A DNA stretch of 64,000 nucleotides from sequence record PZ402305.1; one strand, given 5' to 3'. The position numbers and the translations under genes were made by a program. Numbering within the stretch: the stretch's first letter is position 1; every line of letters starts with the position of its first letter. Below the pieces are notes generated by a model. It saw only the letters and a list, made by a program, of their open reading frames with translations. It ran no database searches and was not told the DNA's origin. The DNA comes from a phage. This document shows positions 31,857-41,731 of this stretch, in pieces.

Positions 31857-32562
31857 AACTACTCCTCGGATCATTCTACCAAAGAGAATTCCGCCTCTTC
31901 CAGGTAGATTACAGACCTTGTTGCATGATATTTAACGCTCCAGAAATTACCTTCGCGCCGTAAAAGTATCTCATTCACATCAAGATTGCTTAGAAAAACC
32001 ATATAACTTAAAGCTTGTTGACGCGTTGAGAATTGTTTCTCTAAAAGTTCTTCTCCGCTCTGCATAATCCCTCCTTAAAATACTCCCTCCGAAAAGGGAG
32101 TATAAGTATATCACGTAGTTGTTATGTTGTCTTCTTGGATTCTAGAATCCACTTCTGCAAACATATCTTCTGCACTGTAATTATTTCCAGTCCAGCGTGA
32201 TAAAAGGATAGCACCAATCTCTTTTGCATGAGATTCGGACTCCGCATAAACGTTAGTCCCAGTGTCACCTTTTTTCTTTTCATGTGCATAAATGCAGTAA
32301 TAATTGTAAGCCATTAATCTTCCCAGTCATTGCCCTCGGTAGAGTGAACTAAAGCTCGCACGATACCACCGTAATCTACTGCCTGATTTGCAGCATGTTC
32401 GGCATAAACTTCAATGGCTTTTTTGAAGAAAAGAGCAGTAGCTGCTTCAATATTATCCATTTCGCCATCTACGTCAGTAGAAAGTGAAAGGTTGAGGCTT
32501 TCATCTACTTCATCAAAATCAATAGCCACTGTCATAATTAGTTTACCCATAGTTCACACTCC

Positions 32563-33072
32563 TTAAACAAAATAAAATGGTTGAGAGAGGCCCAAACGAT
32601 TCTTTGGGTCGTATACATACCAAGCGTATGCTGTCTTATCTGTTCCACCTGCAACAAACGAAGGCCGTTCTGAAAGGACTATAAGGTTTGTTGGTGGATT
32701 CTTTTGATGGAACTCTCGTCGTTTCTTTGACTCCAAGAAGCCCAACCGAAGAAGATAAATACAAACATCCGCCTCTTTTAAGCTCTTTTCCAAGAACTCC
32801 ATTGCTAACTTAAATGGAGGATTTGTGATTATAATGTCGGGACGATTTTCCCATTCATGACTAAAATAATCTTTACCTTCTTCAAGTTCGCAATATTCTG
32901 AACCTTCAGGAAAATGGCGATAAATCGCTTCAGCTTCACCTCTGCAAGGTTCTGCAAAAACCCAACCTTCTTCCTTTAGATTTTTGAAATCTATAACACT
33001 AAACAAACTATTGATTGCTTTTTGCGGTGTTGGATAATAATCGCTCGTTGGGCGATCATAATCTAATGCCAT
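32563..33072 (-). CDS. phage-type DNA N6-adenine methyltransferase (small Dam-like)
   Basis: DYYPTP and IITNPPF (NPPF catalytic motif); about 170 aa. Confidence 0.55.
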   Translation of the reverse strand: MALDYDRPTSDYYPTPQKAINSLFSVIDFKNLKEEGWVFAEPCRGEAEAIYRHFPEGSEYCELEEGKDYFSHEWENRPDIIITNPPFKLAMEFLEKSLKEADVCIYLLRLGFLESKKRREFHQKNPPTNLIVLSERPSFVAGGTDKTAYAWYVYDPKNRLGLSQPFYFV

Positions 33073-33490
33073 CTAAAATCTCCTCTTTTGTAATATTATC
33101 CAACTCTTTAAAGGATGAAATCTCGTTTAATAATCCTATTTGATCAGCTTCTAGAGGATAAGTGTTTTTATCTGTTTTTCTAGACAGAATATCTTCAACA
33201 AACTTATCAATAGCCAAAGAAGAATCATAAAATTTTAAAAGTTGGTAATCCATAGGAGATATTTTGTCATCTCTTAGAAATATTTCTAACATGTTTTCAG
33301 GAGTATCGTGGTTTAGTTTATGTTCACCAAAAATATTAACTTCGTAAACATCTTTGCCAAACCAACGTTTCTTCTTTTCAACAGTATAGGTTTTTGCCAC
33401 CAGACCATCTAAACAGTTTCTTGCCCTCTTACATGTTTGACGGTAAGAGTGGATAGCGCCTTCAACAAACTTAGCAGGAACTTGTAACAT
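33056..33490 (-). CDS. hypothetical protein (144 aa)
   Basis: Track ORF; AGGAG RBS. Confidence 0.45.
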   Translation of the reverse strand: MLQVPAKFVEGAIHSYRQTCKRARNCLDGLVAKTYTVEKKKRWFGKDVYEVNIFGEHKLNHDTPENMLEIFLRDDKISPMDYQLLKFYDSSLAIDKFVEDILSRKTDKNTYPLEADQIGLLNEISSFKELDNITKEEILDGIRL

Positions 33491-33535
33491 TATTAATCTC
33501 CTATGTTTAAGAAATGCCCCCGAAGGGGCAGTTTG

Positions 33536-34228
33536 TTAAATAGCGGTTCCTTCGAAATCCGCCACATTTACGAGATTAATATTTTCAGATTTAGAAGTCA
33601 AGTTGTTTTCTGCAACAGATTTTTCTTCAGTATCCGCCTCGTTACCTGCCACGTTACGAGGTTCTTCTTCACCGTAGGGATTACCGAATTTCAAAAGATT
33701 GATCAATTCTTCTTTGGAGAAGTTTTCTAAATCATCGTCTGTTAATTCAATAATCTCGTCTTGTTCTTCAATAAATGTTTCACCACCAGAAAAAGCATCT
33801 CGCTTTTTAGCTACTTCCATAGCCTGTTCTGGTGTTGCCCCTGCATCAAGAGCAGCTAAAGCAAAGTCTGACCCACTCCCTACTGCATAATATTCTTCAT
33901 CAATCGGATATGCACGTGTTGGGTTGTTACCCTCGTGCAGGAAAATACGTCCGTCTGGATGAACAACAAGTGCAATAAACTCTTCATCTTCTTTGTCTGG
34001 ATCAGAGTGAATCATCAAACCAGGGACAGCATCACGTGCTGCTTCGCACTGTAGATTTTGTTCAAACCATTGAAAGAAAGAAAGCACGGAGGTCAGACGA
34101 CCAGCACCACCTACAAGGTAATCTCCAATTTTTCGGACCTTTTTGAAATTAATAGAATCTACACGTCCACCAAAAGTTACCTTACCGTCACTCAAAATCT
34201 TATTTTTGGTTGCAATAATTGTCGTCAC
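33536..34228 (-). CDS. hslV: HslV-like (proteasome beta-type Ntn) peptidase with acidic C-terminal extension
   Basis: N-terminal MTTIIATKN...GG..D (Thr2 nucleophile), YAVGSGSDFALAAL; about 75-residue acidic tail. Confidence 0.55.
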   Translation of the reverse strand: MTTIIATKNKILSDGKVTFGGRVDSINFKKVRKIGDYLVGGAGRLTSVLSFFQWFEQNLQCEAARDAVPGLMIHSDPDKEDEEFIALVVHPDGRIFLHEGNNPTRAYPIDEEYYAVGSGSDFALAALDAGATPEQAMEVAKKRDAFSGGETFIEEQDEIIELTDDDLENFSKEELINLLKFGNPYGEEEPRNVAGNEADTEEKSVAENNLTSKSENINLVNVADFEGTAI

Positions 34229-34731
34229 TATTCTTCCTCCTCTGTTAATGTTTTAAGAACCGCTTTCCCGCCATTCACATATTTGCAGATGTATTCTATC
34301 GCACGTAGTGTCTCTTTGTCAACAAAAATTTGATCAGACGTTGCGAGCGGGTTATTAAGAAGATCACTGCAATCACGAACAAGCAGTGCTTTCTTATTAA
34401 ACAAATTACTTAAGAACAGTAACTTCGCCTCTTCTTCTGTTATGTGCAGAAGGCTAGGATCGGAGCCAGCTATTCCTATTATACAATCAAACAAGCTTTC
34501 TTTACTATCAGAAAGTTCTTGAAAATGGTTTAAAAGCCAATCTTCTCCTAGACACCAACATTTAAACATTTCCAGCTTATCTCGGAGGGTCATATTCTCT
34601 AAAGTAAGAGCAATCTCTTTTTCAATATGGTTTACACAAATTTGACGAAATTCGTTAGGTTTTACGAGTCCCGTTTGATAGCACTCATCTATACCGCTTC
34701 TTCCGATAGCTATTGTTGCTACACCCATCAA
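34228..34731 (-). CDS. hypothetical protein (167 aa)
   Basis: Track ORF. Confidence 0.45.
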   Translation of the reverse strand: MMGVATIAIGRSGIDECYQTGLVKPNEFRQICVNHIEKEIALTLENMTLRDKLEMFKCWCLGEDWLLNHFQELSDSKESLFDCIIGIAGSDPSLLHITEEEAKLLFLSNLFNKKALLVRDCSDLLNNPLATSDQIFVDKETLRAIEYICKYVNGGKAVLKTLTEEEE

Positions 34732-34763
34732 TCCTCCTTATAAATGGCTTCCCTGCCATGTTA

Positions 34764-35522
34764 TTAAATAAACACTTCAGTAATCAGTTTAGACAAACGT
34801 CCACGTTTATTATCGTCCGTTGTCAGTTCAACGTATCCAATAAAATCTACAATTGGCTCACGAACACCTTCTTCATTTTCTGGATATAAAAGTTCCAAAA
34901 TTTGATGCAGACCATTGCTACGTTTTTTAATTGCATATGTCTGGCGAACATCGCCTAATACAATAACATGCGTATTAATACCTGCACGTTCAATAAGAAG
35001 TTTAAGTGTTTCTGTTGACATAAGTTGTGCTTCGTCAATAATGACGATTGTATTATCCAGGGTGGCCCCCAACAAATAGTTAGGAATATTCAATTCGATC
35101 TTACCTGATCCAATATCGTTTTCCAATTTGTTGGCTGTCATGAATTGCTGGAAAATACGTTTTGTAGATTCATAGTGTGCTGCTAGTTTATCTGTTTTAT
35201 CTCCAGACAAGAAACCAATCTGGTCATCTCCGACTTCAGTAGGGTTCTTGATAAAAAGTAGTTTACGGAAGTCTCCTGAACGAAGCATCTGCAAAGCTTT
35301 CCATAAAGCAACAGAGGTTTTACCAGTCCCTGCCGGAGCATTTACAACAGTCAGATCATTCCAAATCATGCTTTGAACAATCTTATTTTGGTCCCCTTCA
35401 GGCATAAATTCATCTAAACGGTAATCGTCATTACCTACCGCTTTTGCTGCATAACGGCTTTCAATCTTTGCTGAATTAGCCAGTTTCTGCCGTTGTGTTT
35501 TAGCTGCGGTTTTATTTCCCAT
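34764..35522 (-). CDS. phoH: PhoH-like ATPase
   Basis: Walker A NAPAGTGKTS, Walker B VIIDEAQ; start moved to ATG after AAGGAG. Confidence 0.8.
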   Translation of the reverse strand: MGNKTAAKTQRQKLANSAKIESRYAAKAVGNDDYRLDEFMPEGDQNKIVQSMIWNDLTVVNAPAGTGKTSVALWKALQMLRSGDFRKLLFIKNPTEVGDDQIGFLSGDKTDKLAAHYESTKRIFQQFMTANKLENDIGSGKIELNIPNYLLGATLDNTIVIIDEAQLMSTETLKLLIERAGINTHVIVLGDVRQTYAIKKRSNGLHQILELLYPENEEGVREPIVDFIGYVELTTDDNKRGRLSKLITEVFI

Positions 35523-35559
35523 AGTAGCACTCCTTTTAGAAGGGGCCGAAGCCCCTTTA

Positions 35560-36060
35560 TTAGTTGTAAGCATCTAAAGTTCCAGAAGTCAGAACTTTAA
35601 TTACTCGTTCAGCACGGTTTGGCGTCTGGCTATACCATCGGCTTTTACGCATGTTTTTACCTGCTTGAGTATAATATGCATTGCTGATTAAAGTCAAGCT
35701 ATTTTGAAACCCTTCAGCACCTTTTAATCCCAACTGGAAAACCATGTTGATTATTCCCAATTTACGAGTATCACTAACCTTATCATAGATTGGTGATAAG
35801 ATAGCACTGTTTTTTATGTCTCTCTTCACTTTTGCAACATCGTCAGCAAAGATTTGACGGGCTTCTTTTTCTGTGATAACTCCATTAGTCTTACGACCAA
35901 GAAGATTATCTAAGATTTGAATAGCCTTTGCTTTATCTTTTATTTTAGTCAGAAGGTGTCCTATGCCGACTGTCCAATAACCAAGATGGTCTTGATAAAC
36001 AGTAAGCTTCAGTCCTTCATCGACTCGTAGCATATCGAACTCATCTACTACTTTAGCCAT
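35560..36060 (-). CDS. endolysin, T4 lysozyme-like (GH24 muramidase)
   Basis: MLRVDEGLKLTVYQDHLGYWTVGIGH and RWYSQTPNRAERV align with the T4 lysozyme catalytic region. Confidence 0.85.
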   Translation of the reverse strand: MAKVVDEFDMLRVDEGLKLTVYQDHLGYWTVGIGHLLTKIKDKAKAIQILDNLLGRKTNGVITEKEARQIFADDVAKVKRDIKNSAILSPIYDKVSDTRKLGIINMVFQLGLKGAEGFQNSLTLISNAYYTQAGKNMRKSRWYSQTPNRAERVIKVLTSGTLDAYN

Positions 36061-36222
36061 TTACTTCCTATTCGTCGTCTCCTACTCCGTGATCCAACTC
36101 GTTAAACAACAGATGTTCTGGAGAAGTTTCACGTTTTGGTTTCGTTTTCTTTATGTTGGACTTCAGCTCATTTGCCAAAGCACGAGAAAAGATCTTACGT
36201 TTCTGTTTACTTTTCATAATTG

Positions 36223-36483
36223 TTACTCCGCAATTTGAGCCATGAGATCACGCAGTTCGGTAAAACCGCCTACGTATGTTACCTCCCCGTTCACTTCGGA
36301 CAGAATTTGTGGAAATGTGCGTGGAGGAACTCCGGTAAGATCAACAACTGTTTTAGTCATTGATTCTAAATCATAGTCTTGATCAAGACTTAAATATTCA
36401 AACTGTTTATTGCGCATGGTTAATAGTTGTTTTGACATTTCACAAAATTGACAGTTAGGTTTACCAAAAATTACAAATTCCAT
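36223..36483 (-). CDS. glutaredoxin/thioredoxin-like protein
   Basis: 86 aa with CQFC redox motif; directly precedes rml and nrd genes. Confidence 0.6.
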   Translation of the reverse strand: MEFVIFGKPNCQFCEMSKQLLTMRNKQFEYLSLDQDYDLESMTKTVVDLTGVPPRTFPQILSEVNGEVTYVGGFTELRDLMAQIAE

Positions 36484-37325
36484 TACCTCTCCTTATTAAG
36501 TAATACTGCTAAAGACTGTTCAATACCTTTATTTAAATCTGATTTTGTAAGATAGTGACTGGTTACTAGTTGTGACTTCACCGGACGTGCTGCTGGAGCA
36601 TTATAGGTTGAAGCTGATACCGCCGATATCTTAACAGGTTCTGGCATCTGTGTCAAGATCTTTTCCGCAAACTCCGCCCAAGAAATAAGATGGCTTCCTG
36701 CAAAATGGTAAGTCTTAACAGACCTTGACCAACCTGTTTTTAATACTTCAAAAATAGCTTCTGCTAAATCTGGAGCATATGTTGGACAAGAGAACTGATC
36801 AGCAACAATAATAAAATCACGTTGTCCATCATTATAGCGAGACAACATGGTTTTTAGAAAGTTATTTCCAAATTCGCTATATACCGAGGCTGTTCGAATA
36901 ATATATGCATTTGGGTTAACTCCTCGCACCATTTTTTCACCAAGTTCTTTCGTATACCCATAATTGTTTATTGGGTTAGGTGTAGTATCTTCAAAAATAG
37001 GATGAGAATAATTAAAAATATAGTCTGTAGAAATATGCACAAAATCAATTTTAAGTTTGCTGCACACTGCCGCAATATTTGCAGGTCCATACGCATTAAC
37101 AGCCAAAGCAGTAGCAAAATCATGTTCTGCTTTATCTACAGCCGTATAAGCGGCGCAATTAATAACACCATCTACATAATCTTCAATAATAGCGTTTCGC
37201 ACAGCTTCAAAATTTGTAATATCTACACGTTCTTTAGGATAAATTAAAGATACATTTGAAGGAGCCACTTTACGTAAAGCTTGTCCCAGTTGTCCATTAC
37301 CGCCCAATACCAGATATGTTAGCAT
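36483..37325 (-). CDS. rmlD: dTDP-4-dehydrorhamnose reductase
   Basis: N-terminal VLGGNGQLG Rossmann motif; last gene of the rml set. Confidence 0.75.
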   Translation of the reverse strand: MLTYLVLGGNGQLGQALRKVAPSNVSLIYPKERVDITNFEAVRNAIIEDYVDGVINCAAYTAVDKAEHDFATALAVNAYGPANIAAVCSKLKIDFVHISTDYIFNYSHPIFEDTTPNPINNYGYTKELGEKMVRGVNPNAYIIRTASVYSEFGNNFLKTMLSRYNDGQRDFIIVADQFSCPTYAPDLAEAIFEVLKTGWSRSVKTYHFAGSHLISWAEFAEKILTQMPEPVKISAVSASTYNAPAARPVKSQLVTSHYLTKSDLNKGIEQSLAVLLNKER

Positions 37326-37885
37326 ACACCCTCGCTACGTAACTGTTGAAAAGATTTAGCCATTGCATCTTTTGTTGATAGAATAGGTTTAAAACCTTCG
37401 TCAAAAATCATATCGAAGCCCCAATCGATCCCTATATCAGGATCATCCCAACGTAAACTTTGTTCACTAGAAGGGTCGTATGGAGTTGTGCATTTGTATT
37501 CAAAGATAGCATCCATACTCAAAACTATAAAACCATGAGCCAAACCAGGCGGAAGCCAAAACTGCGTATGGTGTCGTGCACGAAGAACAACACCGTCCCA
37601 AGCACCGTAAGTTGGACTATCTTTACGTAAATCTACAGCGAAATCCAATACTTCCCCACTTACACAACGAACTAGCTTACCTTGCGGGTTATTTGTTTGA
37701 AAGTGCATTCCTCGCAAAACACCGAAGTTTGATTTAGACATGTTATCTTGAACGAAAGTTTGTCTACCAATAATATCTTCGTATTTTTGTTCATTATATG
37801 TTTCTAGAAAGAAACCACGATCATCTTTATAAACGTCTGGTTTGATAATTACCGCACCTTCAATTTTTGTTTTTTCTACTTTCAT
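37319..37885 (-). CDS. rmlC: dTDP-4-dehydrorhamnose 3,5-epimerase
   Basis: [14 protein letters not shown], cupin-like; ATGA overlap with rmlA stop. Confidence 0.8.
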   Translation of the reverse strand: MKVEKTKIEGAVIIKPDVYKDDRGFFLETYNEQKYEDIIGRQTFVQDNMSKSNFGVLRGMHFQTNNPQGKLVRCVSGEVLDFAVDLRKDSPTYGAWDGVVLRARHHTQFWLPPGLAHGFIVLSMDAIFEYKCTTPYDPSSEQSLRWDDPDIGIDWGFDMIFDEGFKPILSTKDAMAKSFQQLRSEGVC

Positions 37886-38760
37886 TTTCTCTCCGCTAAT
37901 TTGAGTAGGTATTGCCCGTACTCTGTTTTCTTCAGTGAGTTTCCATGATACACCAAAGTCTCTAAAGAAATCCACCCTTTTTTGAAAGCAATTTCTTCCA
38001 GGCACGCAATCTTCAATCCTTGACAGTTCTCAATAGTCTGCACGAATTGACCAGCTTCCATCAGACTGGCGTGTGTTCCTGTGTCAAGCCAAGTAAATCC
38101 TCGTCCGAGAACTTCCACTTGTAACTTCCTGTCTTCTAGGTAGCTGCGATTGATATCAGTGATCTCCAGTTCTCCACGCGCGGAAGGGGTTACTTCTAAT
38201 GCACGTTGAATAACAGAGTTATCATAGAAATACAAACCTGTGACAGCATAATCTGATTTAGGATTTTCAGGTTTCTCTTCAATAGAAATAGCTTGACGAT
38301 TACTCCCAAATTCAACCACACCGAATCGTTCAGGATCTTTCACCAAATACCCGAAAATACAAGCTCCGCCCCAAACATCTACCATCTCACTGGCGTTAAT
38401 CAGTAGTTTACCAAAGCTTTGTCCGAAGAATAGGTTGTCACCTAAAATAAGAGCAACAGAGTCTTCTCCGATAAAATCTTTACCTATGATGAAAGCTTCC
38501 GCAAGACCTCGTGGCTCGGATTGGATTGCGTAAGTGAGTTTTATCCCAAACATAGATCCATCTCCGAGAAGATACTCAAAGTCTTCCTGATCGCCTGGTG
38601 TGGTGATTATTAAAATATCCTTAATGTCAGCCAACATCAATACCGATAAAGGGTAGTAGATCATGGGTTTGTCATACACAGGGAGTAATTGCTTGCTCAC
38701 ACTGCGTGTTACTGGATGAAGGCGGGTTCCACTTCCTCCCGCCAAAATAATACCTTTCAT
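37882..38760 (-). CDS. rmlA: glucose-1-phosphate thymidylyltransferase
   Basis: [18 protein letters not shown]...[16 protein letters not shown]. Confidence 0.9.
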   Translation of the reverse strand: MKGIILAGGSGTRLHPVTRSVSKQLLPVYDKPMIYYPLSVLMLADIKDILIITTPGDQEDFEYLLGDGSMFGIKLTYAIQSEPRGLAEAFIIGKDFIGEDSVALILGDNLFFGQSFGKLLINASEMVDVWGGACIFGYLVKDPERFGVVEFGSNRQAISIEEKPENPKSDYAVTGLYFYDNSVIQRALEVTPSARGELEITDINRSYLEDRKLQVEVLGRGFTWLDTGTHASLMEAGQFVQTIENCQGLKIACLEEIAFKKGWISLETLVYHGNSLKKTEYGQYLLKLAERK

Positions 38761-38768
38761 AACCCTCC

Positions 38769-39761
38769 TTAAATTTTCTCACTCCACCATTGAGGGTTGT
38801 TTAAGTACCATTCAATCGTTGAGTAGAGATCTTGTTCAAATGTAGAGTTTGCACTCCAACCCAGTTCAGACTCTATTTTAGAAGGATTGATTTCATAACG
38901 CAAGTCATGTCCTTTACGATCTTCAACAAAAGTTATCAAGTTGGAAGAAGGGTAGGTTCCTGCCTCTGGATGTACAGCATCCATGTAGTCACAAACCATA
39001 TAGATGATCTCCATATTGGTTTTGGGATTACGTGTTCCAACATTATACGTTTGACCTGGTTCTCCACCTGTTGCCACTTGAAGAATAGCTCGCGCATGAT
39101 CCTCAACAAAAAGCCAGTCTCGCACCTGATCGCCTTTACCATACACCGGAATCTCTTTATTCGTCAAGATACTTGTGATGATTTTTGGGATCAGCTTTTC
39201 TGGATGTTGATAAGGCCCAAAGTTATTGGAGCAGTTGGTTATCACAACAGGCAAATCGTAGGTACGGTGCCAAGCTTTCACAAGATGGTCAGATGCTGCC
39301 TTAGACGCGCTGTACGGGCTTGAAGGGGCATAAGCTGTCTCTTCAGTAAAGGGAACGCCAGAGTCTGCCATATCGCCGTACACTTCGTCTGTGGAGACGT
39401 GTACGAACATCTTCAGTTTATTTTTTGGGAGGAGCCTTGCAGCTTCCAATAAATTGTATGTACCAATAATATTGGAGTCGATGAAAACTCGTGGATTCTT
39501 GATAGAATTATCCACATGACTTTCTGCCGCTAAGTGAATGATGAAGTCAGGATTGCACTCTACTACTAAACTTTTGACCTGGGTTTCGTTTGCCAAATCT
39601 GTTATGCTTAGTTTAACGTGAGTGATATCGCCTACATTCTCAATGTCTGCTGCATAGCCCATCTTATCAACGACAAAAACTTCGTTATTGGGATCTTGAC
39701 AAAGAGAGCGCACCACGGCACTCCCAATAAAACCAAGACCACCTGTTACCAGATAGCGCAT
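38769..39761 (-). CDS. rmlB: dTDP-glucose 4,6-dehydratase
   Basis: [15 protein letters not shown] and SDR YxxxK-type core; 330 aa. Confidence 0.9.
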   Translation of the reverse strand: MRYLVTGGLGFIGSAVVRSLCQDPNNEVFVVDKMGYAADIENVGDITHVKLSITDLANETQVKSLVVECNPDFIIHLAAESHVDNSIKNPRVFIDSNIIGTYNLLEAARLLPKNKLKMFVHVSTDEVYGDMADSGVPFTEETAYAPSSPYSASKAASDHLVKAWHRTYDLPVVITNCSNNFGPYQHPEKLIPKIITSILTNKEIPVYGKGDQVRDWLFVEDHARAILQVATGGEPGQTYNVGTRNPKTNMEIIYMVCDYMDAVHPEAGTYPSSNLITFVEDRKGHDLRYEINPSKIESELGWSANSTFEQDLYSTIEWYLNNPQWWSEKI

Positions 39762-39770
39762 CAGTTCTCC

Positions 39771-40097
39771 TTACCAAACATGTTGAGAAATAATAGTTTC
39801 CGTTTTAATGTTATATTTTTCAAGTAGCTTTGCATAGGCTTCTTTTGCATTCTCATTCAATTGCTCAAGATCTACAGCTATGCTTCCTTCTCCGCCTTCT
39901 AAATCAAGGCCATATATGCAATAAGACTCATCCGCATCGTAGAAAGGAGAGATGCGGCTTAAGTCAAGACCTTCTTGTAAGAACCAGTTAAAATCTCCGT
40001 CAAATTCTTCTTCAATTCTAGGATCTTCTCCTACAGCCTCTTCCCACTTATTAAAAGGTGCACCCTGTAACATACGCCATTCGATATCAATACCCAT
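39771..40097 (-). CDS. hypothetical acidic protein (108 aa)
   Basis: Track ORF. Confidence 0.45.
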   Translation of the reverse strand: MGIDIEWRMLQGAPFNKWEEAVGEDPRIEEEFDGDFNWFLQEGLDLSRISPFYDADESYCIYGLDLEGGEGSIAVDLEQLNENAKEAYAKLLEKYNIKTETIISQHVW

Positions 40098-40601
40098 TTT
40101 TCATCTCCTCCTCTTCTTGAGCAGCTTTAATAATTGCTTCATAAATATCGTAAGCAATGCCTCCACAACATCTAGCTTCGAAAGCTATTGCTTCTGCAAT
40201 GTGATCTGTTAATTCTCGTGGAATGCGAACATACTCTTTTTCACTCTCCATCTTCTACCTCCAACCCTTCTTTTTCAAAGATTACTACTCGTCCTTCACC
40301 ATGACAATTCAGGCAAGGAAATGTTACCATAATTTCCACTTCCATCTGTCCAGTCCCACCGCACACAGGACAAAAAATAAGTTTTTCAGCCATTATTCCT
40401 CCTTAATTATTTCAAACTTGGCAACACCATTTACAATAATATGACCACAAGACATAACTCCTAGCCAAGGATCGCCGTTTTTCTTCGGGCGTTTACCGAA
40501 TACATCACAAAAACCATTCTTCATTTCGGAGGCTTCATAAGAAGCCTCTTTGTCAAAAACGTCTTTGAATGTGTCGATTATACCAACACATCTCAAAATC
40601 A

Positions 40602-41687
40602 TTAGAAGTCAAGCTCCTCATCATCAGAGAGATCTTTGTTAGCTGAATTCAATTTGTAATTAGTTAACTGAATCTCTTGGGCTGCTGACTGAATCAAATC
40701 AGGATTCAACCATTTTTCCATCCAAGCTAAAGGACTATGTTTAGGTGCTTTAAACTTGGCTTTCATTTTCAATCGACGATAAATAGGAGCAGCATTGAAA
40801 TAAACCCACTGTTTAGACAATTCGGCGTTAAGACCTACAATAAAACGACCTTCACTAAACAGGTAGTCACACCACTGTTCCTCTTGTTCAACAACAGTGT
40901 CGAGGATCAAAGTCAACTCTTCAATATTATCTTCGTAAATTTTACGCCAAATTGGGTCATGCATCAATGCATCAATTACAGCATAGTCCATCTTAACATG
41001 CAAGATTTCATCTAGCATAATTTTCTGGATCAGTTTACAAGCCCCAACAAACAGTTGTTGTTCTGCCATAGCAAAAGTAGCAGAGAAGGAAGATATAAAC
41101 TGAATACCTTCTAATCCAATCAGGGCTACCATCCCTTTAAGAATCAGCAAGCGAAGTTCATCGTTAGCTTCAATCAATCCTAGAGCATACTTATGACCAG
41201 CTTCTTCCAACTGACCCATGATATCAGCAATGATACCCATACGATTGAAAATTTTATCATTAATCATAATCTGATTGATGACTTCAATTGGATCTGGAGT
41301 ACATTGGCGGATTATTTCAGAATACGTTAACGCATGGAGAACTTCCATTTCACTCTGCTTCATCATCATAGCACAGGCTTCATTGTTACTCAAGAATGGA
41401 GAGAACAAAGTGATGATTGATTTTGCAAGAGAATCATTTTCCCATTGGAACGATAAGTTTTTAATCATAACATCATAGTTGTTTTTAGAACAAGCTACGA
41501 AATCTTTACGTGTCTGATCCAGATTAACTTCGTTTTCATCCCAATCTTGTGCTTTTTGAAGTTTGTAGAGTTTGTGCATTTCTGGATAAGTTACGTTAAC
41601 AGAATCAAAGATCCCTAATTGCTCCCCCAAAAATACTGGATATTTTCCTGTTTTGTAAACTTCATTGTGTAAATTAATTGCTGCCAT
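40602..41687 (-). CDS. nrdB: ribonucleotide reductase small subunit (class Ia beta)
   Basis: 361 aa; di-iron ligand-type E..H motifs; C-terminal ...DDEELDF tail. Confidence 0.85.
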   Translation of the reverse strand: MAAINLHNEVYKTGKYPVFLGEQLGIFDSVNVTYPEMHKLYKLQKAQDWDENEVNLDQTRKDFVACSKNNYDVMIKNLSFQWENDSLAKSIITLFSPFLSNNEACAMMMKQSEMEVLHALTYSEIIRQCTPDPIEVINQIMINDKIFNRMGIIADIMGQLEEAGHKYALGLIEANDELRLLILKGMVALIGLEGIQFISSFSATFAMAEQQLFVGACKLIQKIMLDEILHVKMDYAVIDALMHDPIWRKIYEDNIEELTLILDTVVEQEEQWCDYLFSEGRFIVGLNAELSKQWVYFNAAPIYRRLKMKAKFKAPKHSPLAWMEKWLNPDLIQSAAQEIQLTNYKLNSANKDLSDDEELDF

Positions 41688-41702
41688 TTAAAATTCTCCT
41701 CA

Positions 41703-41725
41703 ATAAAAAGGGGCCGAAGCCCCTA
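41703..41725 (-). terminator. terminator-like UUCG hairpin between nrdA and nrdB
   Basis: GGGGC-UUCG-GCCCC followed by TTTTTATT that overlaps the nrdB RBS region. Confidence 0.5.
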
Positions 41726-41731
41726 GTTTCA

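Noticed and set aside
38832-39323. 163-aa plus-strand ORF antisense to rmlB, and similar antisense ORFs (46438..46995 opposite the HNH gene, 45197..45648 opposite ThyX, 723..1105 minus)
   Set aside because: They lie fully inside well-supported genes on the other strand, have no RBS and have low-complexity composition; treated as shadow ORFs.
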